Assembly (NCBI GenBank): GCA_963758295.1 | Contig: CAVWUU010000004.1 | Location: 256,001-320,000 of the forward strand | Source of the DNA: Candidatus Eremiobacteria bacterium | Lineage (GTDB): Bacteria; Vulcanimicrobiota; Vulcanimicrobiia; Vulcanimicrobiales; Vulcanimicrobiaceae | Length of the DNA: 64,000 nt | Direction: 5' to 3' | In this document: positions 37,974 through 48,908 of the stretch, piece by piece | Layout of the letters: the number at the start of each line of letters is the position of its first letter | How positions within the stretch are numbered: the stretch's first letter is position 1 | Translations under genes and position numbers: made by a program | Notes under the pieces: model-generated | The model's database searches: none | What the model was told of the DNA's origin: nothing | What the model saw: the letters and a program-made list of their open reading frames with translations, nothing else

Positions 37974-40900
37974 ATGGCGCGCCGCAATATTATGGTCATC
38001 GGCTCCGGACCGATCATCATCGGTCAGGCCGCAGAATTTGATTACGCGGGTGTGCAAGCGTGTCGAGCCTTACGTGAAGAAGGCCACCGTGTCGTCCTAG
38101 TCAATTCGAACCCCGCTACAATTATGACGGACCCCGAGGTTGCCGATGCGGTGTACCTCGAGCCCCTGACGGTCGCGTCGGTCGAGCAGATCATCGCCCG
38201 GGAGCGCCCCGATGCGTTGCTGCCGACGCTCGGCGGTCAAACCGGATTGAATCTTGCCGTCGAGTTGGATGACGCCGGCGTTCTCAAAAAGTACGGCGTC
38301 GAACTCTTGGGAACGCCCGTCGACACGATCAAGCTTGCAGAAGACCGCGAGCGTTTCAAGGAAAAGATGATCGAAATCGGCGAGCCCGTCGCCGAAAGCG
38401 TCGTCGTAACGGACATCGAGCAGGGCATCGTGTTTGCCGAGCGCACGGGTTATCCGCTCGTTGTACGGCCAGCTTACACACTTGGCGGAACCGGCGGCGG
38501 CGTCGTTTACAATGAAGAAGAGTTGCGGGAACGCTTGGATGCAGGCTTAAACGCTTCGCTCATTCACCAGGCATTGCTCGAGACGTCGCTTCTCGGATGG
38601 AAAGAAGTCGAGTACGAAGTCCTGCGCGACGGCGCCGACAACTGCATCATCGTTTGCAATATGGAAAACATCGATCCGGTCGGCGTTCACACCGGCGACT
38701 CGATCGTGGTTGCGCCTTCGCAGACCCTTTCGGATCTCGAGTACCAAATGCTGCGCACGTCGTCGCTGAACGTCATTCGGGCGCTCAACGTTCAGGGTGG
38801 CTGCAACATTCAATTTGCATTGCATCCCGAGCGCAGCGAATACGCGATTATCGAGGTGAACCCGCGCGTATCGCGGAGTTCCGCGCTCGCATCCAAAGCC
38901 ACGGGCTATCCGATCGCGAAAATTTCGACGCGCATCGCATTGGGCCAAACGCTCGACGAGATTCCGAATCCCGTTACCGGCGTAACGAAAGCTGCGTACG
39001 AACCGACGCTCGACTACGTCGTCGTCAAGATTCCCCGCTGGCCGTTCGACAAGTTTCCCCTGGCCGATACGACGCTTGGAACGCAGATGAAGTCTACCGG
39101 CGAAGCGATGGGCATCGGACGCACGTTCCGCGCATCTCTGCTGAAGGCAATTCGCGGACTGGATCTGAAGCGCGAAGCGCTTACCGGCGGCGAGTATCTT
39201 GAATGGAGCACCGGCGAGCTCGAAGCCATCGTCATAAAACCGACGCATCAGCGGCTCTTCGCCGTGTGCGAACTGCTTCGCCGCGCGCTGCGTGAAAAGG
39301 CGCTCGACGCGAGCGTCAAACACATTCACGCCATTTCCGACATCGACGAGTTCTGGCTTTACGAGTTCGCGGATCTCGTTGCGCTCGAAGAACGGCTGCG
39401 AACTTCGCCCGCGGAGGCCGACGTCAAAGAAGCGCTCGAGGCCGGGTATTCCACGCTTAGTTTTGAAGCGCTCGCAAAATCCGGCGCCTCCAAGAACGGA
39501 AGCATTGCAGCGTTCCGCATGGTCGATACCGCGGCGGCGGAATTTCCCGCGAAGTCGCCATATTATTACCTCTCGCGCGGCGAACTCGATGAAATTCGCC
39601 CGACGCCGCGCGAAGCCGTGGTCGTCGTCGGCAGCGGCCCGATTCGCATCGGTCAAGGCATCGAGTTTGATTACTCATGCGTGCACGCAGCGTGGGCGCT
39701 CAAGGACGCCGGAATGTCACCGGTCGTCATTAACAATAATCCCGAAACCGTCTCGACGGATTTCGACATCTCCGATGCGCTCGTGTTCGAGCCGCCCGGA
39801 GCGGATGAAGTGGAAGCGGCGTACCGTTCGAGCAATGCGCGCGGCGTTATGCTCGCCTTCGGCGGACAAACGGCGATCAATCTCGCCGCGGAGCTCAGCC
39901 GCCGCGGCGTGCCGATCGTCGGCAGCGATCGCGCCAGCCTCGACATGGCGGAGGATCGCGCGCAATTCGATGCGGCATTGGAGCGTTTAGGCGTCGCGCG
40001 ACCGGAAGGTAAAGCTGCGACGAGCTTCCGTGAGGCGCGCGCATTTGCGCGTGAACTCGGCTTCCCGGTGCTCGTTCGCCCGTCGTTCGTGCTTGGCGGA
40101 CGCGGCATGGAAATTATCTATAACGAAGGCCAGTTGGCTTCTTATGCGGAGTCCGCTCCGCCAATTCTGCCCGATGCGCCGCTGCTCGTGGACAAGTATC
40201 TGAAGGGACTCGAAGTCGAGGTCGACGCCGTTTTCGACGGTGAAGACATCTTGATTCCAGGCATCTTCGAGCACATCGAACGTGCCGGCATCCATTCCGG
40301 CGACTCCATCAGCGTGTATCCGACGCAGACGATCGACGAAGCGATGACCCGGCGAATCGTCGAGGTGACGACGGATATCGCAAAAGAACTGCGCATTCGC
40401 GGCTTGATCAACATTCAGTTCGTCGTGCACGAAGGCAAGCTCTACATTATCGAAGCGAACCCGCGCGCGAGCCGCACCGTGCCGATCATTCAAAAGGCGA
40501 CCGGGGTGAATCTCGTCGCGGCGGCCACCCGCATTGCGCTGGGACAGAAGCTGCGCGATATGGAGTATGGCACCGGGCTGCATCCCCGCACGCCATACGT
40601 CGTCGTGAAAGTCCCGGTCTTCTCATTTTCGAAGATGAGCGGCGTCGAGACGATTCTCGGCCCCGAAATGAAGTCGACCGGCGAAGTGCTCGGCATCGAC
40701 GAAACATTTGCGGGAGCCCTGCGAAAAGGGTTTGTGGGCGCCGGCGTACGCCTTCCCGGGACCGGTGGACGGATTCTGGTGTCGATCGCCGACGAAGAAA
40801 AGAATGAGGCGATGCCGGTCTTACGGCGGTACGCGGACCTGGGCCACACGCTCGTCGCGACGCCCGGAACGCGGGCGGCGCTGGAAGCGGCCGGTATCCC

Positions 40901-41171
40901 CTGCGAACCGGTGAACAAAATTTCCGGCGGCTCGCCCCACGTGCTGGATGTGATCCATCAACGGAAAGTCGACCTCGTGATCAACGACGCTAAGGGGCCG
41001 CGGGAAATCTCGGATAACTACAAGATTCGCCGGGCCGCAGTAGAAGCGAGTATCGCGTGTTTGACCAGTTTGGATACGGCTCGGGCGCTCGCGGAGGCTC
41101 TCGAAAATTCGGCGGGGCCGCCGAGGAGTCTGCAAGAGTATCGGAGCGCGCAAGCGACGATCGACATCTAG
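37974..41171 (+). CDS. carB: Carbamoyl-phosphate synthase large subunit
   Basis: [55 protein letters not shown]-terminal MGS domain. Confidence 0.97.
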   Translation: MARRNIMVIGSGPIIIGQAAEFDYAGVQACRALREEGHRVVLVNSNPATIMTDPEVADAVYLEPLTVASVEQIIARERPDALLPTLGGQTGLNLAVELDDAGVLKKYGVELLGTPVDTIKLAEDRERFKEKMIEIGEPVAESVVVTDIEQGIVFAERTGYPLVVRPAYTLGGTGGGVVYNEEELRERLDAGLNASLIHQALLETSLLGWKEVEYEVLRDGADNCIIVCNMENIDPVGVHTGDSIVVAPSQTLSDLEYQMLRTSSLNVIRALNVQGGCNIQFALHPERSEYAIIEVNPRVSRSSALASKATGYPIAKISTRIALGQTLDEIPNPVTGVTKAAYEPTLDYVVVKIPRWPFDKFPLADTTLGTQMKSTGEAMGIGRTFRASLLKAIRGLDLKREALTGGEYLEWSTGELEAIVIKPTHQRLFAVCELLRRALREKALDASVKHIHAISDIDEFWLYEFADLVALEERLRTSPAEADVKEALEAGYSTLSFEALAKSGASKNGSIAAFRMVDTAAAEFPAKSPYYYLSRGELDEIRPTPREAVVVVGSGPIRIGQGIEFDYSCVHAAWALKDAGMSPVVINNNPETVSTDFDISDALVFEPPGADEVEAAYRSSNARGVMLAFGGQTAINLAAELSRRGVPIVGSDRASLDMAEDRAQFDAALERLGVARPEGKAATSFREARAFARELGFPVLVRPSFVLGGRGMEIIYNEGQLASYAESAPPILPDAPLLVDKYLKGLEVEVDAVFDGEDILIPGIFEHIERAGIHSGDSISVYPTQTIDEAMTRRIVEVTTDIAKELRIRGLINIQFVVHEGKLYIIEANPRASRTVPIIQKATGVNLVAAATRIALGQKLRDMEYGTGLHPRTPYVVVKVPVFSFSKMSGVETILGPEMKSTGEVLGIDETFAGALRKGFVGAGVRLPGTGGRILVSIADEEKNEAMPVLRRYADLGHTLVATPGTRAALEAAGIPCEPVNKISGGSPHVLDVIHQRKVDLVINDAKGPREISDNYKIRRAAVEASIACLTSLDTARALAEALENSAGPPRSLQEYRSAQATIDI

Positions 41172-41197
41172 ATCTGCGGGACGAGCCGCGTGTCTTC

Positions 41198-41893
41198 GTG
41201 CTGGGCGGCAGCGGCAGCGGCCTCGGATTCGTAAACAGCTTCCGGACGACAAACGGGACGGTTACAACGCGTCTCGTATCGGTAGCATGGACGCCCGTCG
41301 GCGTGGTGATCGGTGATACGTGGCAAAACGTCGGTATCGCACTCGCAAATCTGCCCGACTGGGTCGATCGGACATTTCCGCCCGAGGACGAGCATGCTTT
41401 CGTCGCCCCGATGCGTGACATCGAACTGCTCGCGCGCGTGCAATGGCACGCCGAGCTTCCCGAGGCGCTCTCGGACGAAACGGTTCTCAACATCGAAGAC
41501 GTGCCCGAAGACATCGCCGAAGGCCTCTCGCATCCGCCGGGTTCCATCGTACAGTGCGCGGCGTGCCGGCGACTCTGCGTTCGCGGCGACTTCGTTTGGA
41601 AAGAGAAACAGCTCTGCGCTTGGGACTATCACGCGCAGGTCTTTGGAAAACGCGGCCCGTGGCGAGATGGTCCCTACGAAGAACGTCACTTTGAAACGTT
41701 GCCCCAGTGCGCATACGTTGCTCCGCAGATTCTCGGTGAAATGGACGTAGACGTCGTGATGGCGACTAACTCGGTCGAGGAAACGGTCGCGCGACGCATG
41801 ATCGAAGTGCTGCTCGAATCGGAGCCGCAGCGGCCGCACATGGCGGTGCGCTCGGGCGACGGGTTCACCGTTCTGCGCGAGCTCGAGAGTTAA
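41198..41893 (+). CDS. Hypothetical protein with Cys/His cluster
   Basis: Fills the gap between carB and pbp; CAACRRLC...LCAWDYH; start uncertain (41174-41198). Confidence 0.6.
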   Translation: MLGGSGSGLGFVNSFRTTNGTVTTRLVSVAWTPVGVVIGDTWQNVGIALANLPDWVDRTFPPEDEHAFVAPMRDIELLARVQWHAELPEALSDETVLNIEDVPEDIAEGLSHPPGSIVQCAACRRLCVRGDFVWKEKQLCAWDYHAQVFGKRGPWRDGPYEERHFETLPQCAYVAPQILGEMDVDVVMATNSVEETVARRMIEVLLESEPQRPHMAVRSGDGFTVLRELES

Positions 41894-41902
41894 CACCGCC
41901 GC

Positions 41903-43306
41903 ATGACAAATCGGGCCATCGCGCGGCTGGCCGCAATCTTTGTCGCGCTCTTTGCGCTGCTCGCTTTGCGCCAAGCGTGGGTGCAGCTCGTACAGGGTCC
42001 CTCAATTGCGGCGAAGCCGTACAATCCTCGTCATGCCTTGCTCGATACCCGCCGGGGTCGCATCTTGGCGACCGATGGCACAGTCCTCGCGGCAACGCAG
42101 GGAACGACGCGCACGTATCCGCTAGGCGAATCGCTCGCGCAAACGCTCGGGTACGTCTCGAGCCGTTACGGGACAAGCGGCATCGAAGACGCTTACGATC
42201 GCGCGCTTACGCCCGCCGATACGACCGGCGATCCGCTAGCGCAGATTCAGGAAATCATCGCGTCGTTTCAAGGCAAGACGATGGTGTCTCACGGCGCGGA
42301 CGTCATCACCACCATCGTGCCCGCGATTCAAGATGAATTGTGGTCGCAACTGTCGCGCTACAATCGCGGCGCCGGCGTCGTGTTGGATCCGCGTACCGGC
42401 GCGGTGCTTGCGCTCGCGAGCGTTCCGAGCTACAACCCGAATACGGTCGATCACGATTTTGCGTCGCTGAACGGCGATCCGTCGAGTCCTTTGCTCGATC
42501 GCGCGATCGACGGGCTGTACCCGCCCGGCTCCACGTTCAAGATTTTCACCGCCGGGTCGGCTCTCGACGCGGGCACCGTTACGATGGATTCGCACTTCAG
42601 CGATCCCGGTTATCTGACCGTCGGCGATTTCACCCTTCACAACGATGAAACCGAAGCCACAGGTTATGCCGACTTAACCACGGCCTTTGCGCTATCAAGC
42701 AACGTCGACTTCGCGCAGATCGCCCTGAAGATGGGCACGGACACGTTCTACGATTACTTAGGTAAATGGGGGATCGGGAGTTCAGTCGACTTCCAGCTTC
42801 CCGCGGAAACGGATCGCGTGCCGGACAAGGCGTCTATCGTGCCCGGCGAGCTTGCTCAAATGGGCTTTGGGCAGGGGGCGCTGTTGATGACGCCTCTTCG
42901 CATGGCCCTGGTGGCCTCAACGATTGCCGACAACGGAAATGTGCCTCGACCCTACATCGTGCGCCAGATTGTCCGAAACGGCAACGTCGCGAGCGTGAGC
43001 GACCCTGGGACGCTCGCTTCCCCGGTCTCGGCGGACACCGCGGCAAACGTGAAGAAGATGATGATTGCGGTCGTGCAGCGGGGAACGGGCACGGTCGCGC
43101 GTCTTCCGGACGTCGTCGTCGCCGGAAAAACCGGAACGGCGACAAATCCGCATGGGCGCGCTCACTCGTGGTTCGTCTGTTTCGCGCCGGCCGATAACCC
43201 GCGGGTCGCCGTTGCGGTCATCGTCGAGAACGCCGGGTATGGCGCGGAAGTCGCGGCACCCATTGCGCGTGAGGTTCTGCGCACTGCACTGGAAAGACTG
43301 AAGTGA
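41903..43306 (+). CDS. Class B penicillin-binding protein (PbpA-like)
   Basis: RRGRILATDG, YPPGSTFK (SxxK), SSN (SxN), GKTGT. Confidence 0.93.
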   Translation: MTNRAIARLAAIFVALFALLALRQAWVQLVQGPSIAAKPYNPRHALLDTRRGRILATDGTVLAATQGTTRTYPLGESLAQTLGYVSSRYGTSGIEDAYDRALTPADTTGDPLAQIQEIIASFQGKTMVSHGADVITTIVPAIQDELWSQLSRYNRGAGVVLDPRTGAVLALASVPSYNPNTVDHDFASLNGDPSSPLLDRAIDGLYPPGSTFKIFTAGSALDAGTVTMDSHFSDPGYLTVGDFTLHNDETEATGYADLTTAFALSSNVDFAQIALKMGTDTFYDYLGKWGIGSSVDFQLPAETDRVPDKASIVPGELAQMGFGQGALLMTPLRMALVASTIADNGNVPRPYIVRQIVRNGNVASVSDPGTLASPVSADTAANVKKMMIAVVQRGTGTVARLPDVVVAGKTGTATNPHGRAHSWFVCFAPADNPRVAVAVIVENAGYGAEVAAPIAREVLRTALERLK

Positions 43307-45381
43307 TCGAGCAAGAGACATTCAACAATCGATATAAACTCGATCGCAAACTTGGCGAGGGCGGCATGGCTACCGTCTACCGCGGCACCGATACGGTGCT
43401 CCGGCGGCGGGTGGCAATCAAGGTTCTTCGTCCGCAGTACGCGGCCGACGATGAGTTCGTGCGCCGCTTCTATCAAGAGGCCGAGTCCGCCGCGCGCCTA
43501 TCGCATCCGAATATCGTCAACACTTACGACGTGGGCCGCGAAGGCGACACGTACTACATCGTCATGGAACTCGTCGACGGGCCGTCGCTTGCTGAGATCA
43601 TCGCTGCCGACGGTAAACTGCCCGAGCCGGTCGCCATCGACTATGCCGCTCATATTTGCAACGGTCTCGCGTATGCGCACCGAACCGGGCTGCTGCATCG
43701 CGACGTCAAGCCGGCAAACATTCTCGTCACCAAAGACGACGTCGTAAAGCTTTCCGATTTCGGCATCGCGCGTGCCGTTTCACAGCATACGATGGCACTC
43801 ACGAAGCCGGGGCTCGTGATGGGCAGCGTGTACTACATTTCGCCGGAACAAGCGCAAGGTCACGACCTGCACGAGACCTCGGATCTCTATTCGGTCGGCG
43901 TCGTGCTCTACCAAATGATTACCGGCAAGCTGCCGTACACCGGGGAATCGCCCGTCACCGTCGCTTTGAAGCACATCGGCGATCCGGTGCCGGTGCTCGA
44001 TACGCGAGACCTGGGCATCAGTCCGGCGCTCGCGTCGGTCGTGAACAAACTGCTGCAGAAACGTCCCGAGAACCGTTTTCAATCCGCTAGCGAAGTCGCG
44101 ACGGCGTTGCGAGAAGCTCGCGAGCGACCGACGCACGCGCCGTATCAAATCGCGGACGACGCGCCCACGCATGCGTTCGGCTCGATGCCGCCGCCGCGCC
44201 GCTCGCCGATGCCCGATCACACCTACACATCAATCAGCGAAGACGAAGAACGCCGGTCGCGCATCGGATCGGGCGCCATTGCGGTTCTTATTGCGCTGGC
44301 GATCATCGCGACGATTGCGGGCTACCTGATTTTCGGACGGCAATTGCCCGTTCCGGACCTTGCGGCATCGGTGCCGGTTTCCGATTACACCAACATGTCG
44401 GACGCTCAGGCACAGCAAGCAATCGTAAACGAGGGCCTGAAATCTCGTATCATCAAGAGTCCAAGCGACACCGTCCCGGCCAATCACGTCATTCGGCAAA
44501 ATCCGGCAGCCGGAACGAAGGTCGATAAAAATTCGCTCGTCGAGCTCATCGTTAGCAACGGTCTGCCGTTGATCGGCCTGCGCGACGTGCGCGGATTTAC
44601 GGCAACGGACGCGCAGCGCACGCTAGAGGCCGACAAGTTCAAAGTGAAAGTGCTGCGCCGGTTCGATAACGCTCCAAAAGACAGCGTTGTGGACCAACAG
44701 CCGAAGCCCGGCGCGAACGTTCGACAGGGTTCGGCCGTCTCGCTCGTCGTCTCGAATGGTCCGCAGCCGATCCTCGCGCCGAACTTCATCGGTATGAACG
44801 TGAACGATGCGCTTGCTCTTGCGAAGAAGAGCGGCGTAACGTTGGACACGTCACAACGTGGTGCGTATCCCAGCGTGGCGAACAACGTCGTCGCGACGCA
44901 AGACATTGCGGCCGGCAATCAAATCGACCGCACGACGACCATTCACGCAATGATCAGCACGGGGCCGGAGGGCGGGTCGTCTTCGCAGGCCGTCGGCGTG
45001 CCGAACGTCGTAAACATGAACTACGCCGATGCGATCTCGCAGTTGAACGGTGCCGGCTTTACGGCGGCGGTGAAGTTCTCGGTGCAGCCCGATAAGAACG
45101 AATTGATCGTCGGACAGGATCCCGATCCCACGACGCAAGCCGCGAGCGGTTCGACCGTGACCGTGACACTGTCGGTTCCCGGCGAAGTGCCGGACACCGA
45201 AGGCATGACGCTCGCTGATGCCCAGGCAAAGTTACTCGCAAACGGCTATCCCGTGAACAAGATCGAGTACACGACGACGGCCGGCGCCGACGGGAAAGTC
45301 GTCGGAACGCAACCCGAGGCCGGAACGACGACGCAGCCCGGCTCCGCGGTGACGCTGATCGTCAACGGCGTGCAGCACTGA
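43303..45381 (+). CDS. pknB: PASTA-domain Ser/Thr kinase (PknB/PrkC-like), five PASTA repeats
   Basis: LGEGGMATVY, VAIK, HRDVKPANIL, DFGIA, YISPEQ; TM helix; five PASTA units. Confidence 0.93.
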   Translation: MIEQETFNNRYKLDRKLGEGGMATVYRGTDTVLRRRVAIKVLRPQYAADDEFVRRFYQEAESAARLSHPNIVNTYDVGREGDTYYIVMELVDGPSLAEIIAADGKLPEPVAIDYAAHICNGLAYAHRTGLLHRDVKPANILVTKDDVVKLSDFGIARAVSQHTMALTKPGLVMGSVYYISPEQAQGHDLHETSDLYSVGVVLYQMITGKLPYTGESPVTVALKHIGDPVPVLDTRDLGISPALASVVNKLLQKRPENRFQSASEVATALREARERPTHAPYQIADDAPTHAFGSMPPPRRSPMPDHTYTSISEDEERRSRIGSGAIAVLIALAIIATIAGYLIFGRQLPVPDLAASVPVSDYTNMSDAQAQQAIVNEGLKSRIIKSPSDTVPANHVIRQNPAAGTKVDKNSLVELIVSNGLPLIGLRDVRGFTATDAQRTLEADKFKVKVLRRFDNAPKDSVVDQQPKPGANVRQGSAVSLVVSNGPQPILAPNFIGMNVNDALALAKKSGVTLDTSQRGAYPSVANNVVATQDIAAGNQIDRTTTIHAMISTGPEGGSSSQAVGVPNVVNMNYADAISQLNGAGFTAAVKFSVQPDKNELIVGQDPDPTTQAASGSTVTVTLSVPGEVPDTEGMTLADAQAKLLANGYPVNKIEYTTTAGADGKVVGTQPEAGTTTQPGSAVTLIVNGVQH

Positions 45382-45869
45382 TGCGGGTGCTGGGCATCGA
45401 TCCGGCACTTCGCGTCACGGGGTATGGGGTGGTGGAACGCTCCGGCCGCACGATTGCGCTTGTCGAAGCCGGCGTCGTGTCGCCGCGTACGGATCGCCCT
45501 TTGGAACAGCGGCTGGCGGAACTCTACGGCGGGATCGTCGAGATTCTCGAGCAGACGAAGCCCGACATCGTCGTCATCGAAGAACTCTACACAACCTACA
45601 AGAATCCAACAACGGCAATTCTTATGGGACACGCGCGCGGCGTGATGTGCTTGGCAAGCGCGCAAGCCGGCGTCCCGGTGCAGACGCTTGGACACTCGCA
45701 CGTGAAACGCGCTCTCGTCGGTTCAGGGGCCGCCCGCAAAGACCAGGTGAATGCCATGGTAACGCATCTTTTGAAGTTGCGGACGGCGCCGAAGCCGAAT
45801 GACGTTTCCGATGCGCTTGCCATCGCCCTCGCTTATATGAACATGCAAACAAATGTTTTCGCGCATTAG
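45381..45869 (+). CDS. ruvC: Holliday junction resolvase
   Basis: VLGIDP..RVTGYGVV, IEE, GHARGV, KDQV, DVSDALAIA. Confidence 0.95.
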   Translation: MRVLGIDPALRVTGYGVVERSGRTIALVEAGVVSPRTDRPLEQRLAELYGGIVEILEQTKPDIVVIEELYTTYKNPTTAILMGHARGVMCLASAQAGVPVQTLGHSHVKRALVGSGAARKDQVNAMVTHLLKLRTAPKPNDVSDALAIALAYMNMQTNVFAH

Positions 45870-46488
45870 GGGTTCGCTCGTCGAACGCGATCACGACCGC
45901 GTCGTGTTGGATGTAAACGGCCTTGGCTACGAACTGCTGTTGCCGCCGTGCGTGGCGGAGAAGATTACGGCTCCGCCCGGCGAACCGGTGGCGCTGGAAG
46001 TTTTCGCCGTCTTGAACATGGACGGGAACAGCGGCCACTTCAGCTACTACGGCTTTACCAACGCGATCGAGCGAGAATTCTTCGAGGCACTCTTGAGCGT
46101 TGCGTCGATCGGCCCACGCTCGGCAGCCCGCGCGTTTTCGCAGCCGATGTCCTCGATTGCGAGCGCCATCGATCGCGGCGATCATGCGTATTTGAAGACG
46201 TTGCCCGGGATCGGACAGCAAAAGGCTCGCGACATCGTCGCGAAGCTGCAAGGCAAAGTCGCGAAGTTTCTGTTGATTCAAGACGCCGTTCCGGCGGGGC
46301 CCGAAGCGATGCCCGATTTTGCCGACGAAGCCCTTGCGGTGCTGTTGCAATTGGAATACAAACGTCCCGAAGCCGAGGCGATGATTCGCGAAACGCTCGA
46401 AAGCGCACCGTCTATGAAAGATGCGGAGAAGCTTCTCGCCGAAATCTACCGGCGTAAAGCTGCGCGCGCTCAAGGAACGCCCGCATGA
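45853..46488 (+). CDS. ruvA: Holliday junction DNA-binding subunit
   Basis: [33 protein letters not shown]; position between ruvC and ruvB. Confidence 0.93.
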   Translation: MFSRIRGSLVERDHDRVVLDVNGLGYELLLPPCVAEKITAPPGEPVALEVFAVLNMDGNSGHFSYYGFTNAIEREFFEALLSVASIGPRSAARAFSQPMSSIASAIDRGDHAYLKTLPGIGQQKARDIVAKLQGKVAKFLLIQDAVPAGPEAMPDFADEALAVLLQLEYKRPEAEAMIRETLESAPSMKDAEKLLAEIYRRKAARAQGTPA

Positions 46489-47573
46489 GCGATTCGGGCG
46501 CGCGCAAACGGCTGCTTGGGCCGGATGCAGTCGAGGACGCAGTCGCCGGTGCGGCCGACGAGCGAATCGTCGACCCGGCCGACACCCTTGAAGACGAGGT
46601 CTACGGCGCAAGTCTTCGACCGCGGACGTTCGCCGATTACGTCGGCCAAACGAACGTCGTGGAGAATTTGCGCATTTCCATCGACGCAGCAAAGCGTCGC
46701 GGCGAACCGCTCGAGCACGTCTTGTTCTACGGACCGCCGGGCCTTGGCAAAACGACATTGTCGGGACTGATTGCGCGTGAACTAGGTGCAAATTTTCGCC
46801 CGACGAGTGGCCCGACGCTCGAGAAACCTAAAGATTTGGTAGGCATCCTTACGGCGCTCGAAGATGGTGACGTCCTCTTTATCGACGAGATCCATCGCTT
46901 GGGCCGCGTGGTCGAAGAATTTTTGTATCCTGCGATGGAAGATTTTCAAATCGACTTCGTCGTCGATCGCGGCGCGTTTGCGAAGACCATCAAATTGCCG
47001 CTCAAACGCTTCACGCTCGTCGGCGCCACGACGCGCGCCGGCATGTTGACCGCGCCGCTGCGCGAGCGTTTCGGCATCGTTCACCATCTCGATTACTATG
47101 GCGTTGCCGAACTCGAGCGCATCGTGACGCGTTCCGCTACGGTGCTGAACGTGCCCATCGACGGTGACGGCGCCGTAACGATTGCGAGACGCAGCCGCGG
47201 TACGCCGCGCATTGCGAACCGGTTGCTGCGCCGCGTGCGCGATTACGCCGAAGTGCGTGCCGAAGGATCGATCACCGCGAGCGTAGCCGATGAAGCGTTG
47301 CGGCGTGAGGGCGTGGACGAACTCGGATTGGATCGTCTCGACCGCGCGTTTCTGCGAACGATCGTCGAGCACTACGGCGGCGGCCCCGTCGGTCTTGGCG
47401 CCATCGCCGCAACGTTGACCGAAGATGCGGAAACCCTCGAGGACGTCGTCGAGCCCTACTTGCTCAAACACGGATTCGTGATGCGTACCGCGAGTGGCCG
47501 CAAAGCCACGCCCGAAGCCTACCGGCATCTTGGCGCCATTCCAAGAACCGGTTCTCAGGAGCGCCTTTTCTAG
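46485..47573 (+). CDS. ruvB: Holliday junction helicase
   Basis: [47 protein letters not shown]. Confidence 0.97.
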   Translation: MSDSGARKRLLGPDAVEDAVAGAADERIVDPADTLEDEVYGASLRPRTFADYVGQTNVVENLRISIDAAKRRGEPLEHVLFYGPPGLGKTTLSGLIARELGANFRPTSGPTLEKPKDLVGILTALEDGDVLFIDEIHRLGRVVEEFLYPAMEDFQIDFVVDRGAFAKTIKLPLKRFTLVGATTRAGMLTAPLRERFGIVHHLDYYGVAELERIVTRSATVLNVPIDGDGAVTIARRSRGTPRIANRLLRRVRDYAEVRAEGSITASVADEALRREGVDELGLDRLDRAFLRTIVEHYGGGPVGLGAIAATLTEDAETLEDVVEPYLLKHGFVMRTASGRKATPEAYRHLGAIPRTGSQERLF

Positions 47574-48583
47574 TGCGCCGCTCGCACTTCTTGAAGACGG
47601 CCGCCATTGCATCTGCTGCAGTGGCCGTCCCGTCGCTGGCGTACGCAGGAACCGAACAAGAAGACTTCGACCCGGCTACCAGCGCGGCGACGCAGTCCCT
47701 CCGCGTCCTGCTGGGACCAGGGACGGCGTCCGCGATGCCGGGCGGGTTCACGTTCGACGGCCGCCCATACCGCGGCACGTTTTTACGAACGAGCGACGGC
47801 TCCATCGTCAGCACCGTCACGCTGGAGGAGTATCTGTACAGCGTCGTGCCGCGCGAGATGACCGCGTCGTGGCCGGCCGCAGCGCTGGAAGCTCAGGCTA
47901 TCTGCGCGCGAACGTACGTGCTGCAACGCAGCAATCCGCGACGCAACTACGACGTCGTTCCATCGGAGCTCGACCAAGTGTACGGCGGGGTCGCGTCGGA
48001 ATCGGCGGCGGCACGCGCAGCGGTCGACGCGACCAACGGACAAGTGCTGCACTTCGGCAATGACTTCGCGCAAGTGATGTATTCGTCGTGTTGCGGCGGA
48101 CACACCGAGGCTTCGAGCGAGGCGTGGGGCGGCGCACCGTTTGCCTATCTGAACGGCGTGCCGTGTCCGTACTGTTCCGCCTCGCCGCAGTACCGGTGGC
48201 AGCGTGAGGTCGACGGCAACGCCATCTCGACGGCGTTTGCGAACGAGTTGCAACCGTTCGGCATGCTGCAGAATATTCGCATCTCGGCCGGCGACTCCAG
48301 CGGGCGGGCGCGCATGGTGGAGCTGGTAGCCGAACGTGGTTCGGCATTCGTACGCGGCAGCGTCTTTCGCTTGCGCGTCGGCGCTCGCGTCATTCCCAGC
48401 CTGCTCATTACGAAGATCGATGACTCGCCGGCCGCGCCCGGCCGCTTCGCCATCGAAGGCGGAGGTCTGGGGCACGGAGTCGGCCTTTGCCAGTGGGGTG
48501 CGCGGGGTTACGCGCTTTCCGGCGGCTCAACGCGCGATATCTTAGGCCTATATTTTCCGGGTACGGACATCGTGCATGACTGA
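47573..48583 (+). CDS. SpoIID/LytB domain protein with Tat-like signal
   Basis: RRSHFLK twin-arginine; LEEYLYSVVPREM, AQAICARTY, DQVYGG, GHGVGLCQWGA. Confidence 0.92.
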   Translation: MRRSHFLKTAAIASAAVAVPSLAYAGTEQEDFDPATSAATQSLRVLLGPGTASAMPGGFTFDGRPYRGTFLRTSDGSIVSTVTLEEYLYSVVPREMTASWPAAALEAQAICARTYVLQRSNPRRNYDVVPSELDQVYGGVASESAAARAAVDATNGQVLHFGNDFAQVMYSSCCGGHTEASSEAWGGAPFAYLNGVPCPYCSASPQYRWQREVDGNAISTAFANELQPFGMLQNIRISAGDSSGRARMVELVAERGSAFVRGSVFRLRVGARVIPSLLITKIDDSPAAPGRFAIEGGGLGHGVGLCQWGARGYALSGGSTRDILGLYFPGTDIVHD

Positions 48584-48908
48584 AGCTCGCAGTTCCCTTC
48601 GGCTACGCAAATACATCGACGTGGTGGTCGAAGACCCGCTTTCCGCAATGCTCTTTCGTGGAGCGGTTGCGGATATTTCGCCGACCGGCATGCGCATTAT
48701 CGCCGATCAGTATCTGCCCGTCGGAACGAAATACACGTTCACAATGAAGCGCAACCCGTTTCTAAAGTTGCGCGGGGAAGTGCGGTGGGTGAAGCCTTTC
48801 GAAGGCGAGACGTATCAGGTCGGGGTGCTGATCGTCGACGCAAGCGAAGACGACAATAAACGGCTCTTGAATTTTCTGGAACTGGAACAAAAACGTCTGA
48901 CGACCTGA
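48576..48908 (+). CDS. Stand-alone PilZ domain protein
   Basis: RSSLR (RxxxR), DISPTG (DxSxxG), GEVRW...YQVGV. Confidence 0.85.
   Translation: MTEARSSLRLRKYIDVVVEDPLSAMLFRGAVADISPTGMRIIADQYLPVGTKYTFTMKRNPFLKLRGEVRWVKPFEGETYQVGVLIVDASEDDNKRLLNFLELEQKRLTT

Noticed and set aside
38547..39656. Long antisense ORFs over carB, and similar ones over valS, ruvAB and glmS
   Set aside because: Expected shadows in GC-rich codon-biased genes; no recognisable motifs.
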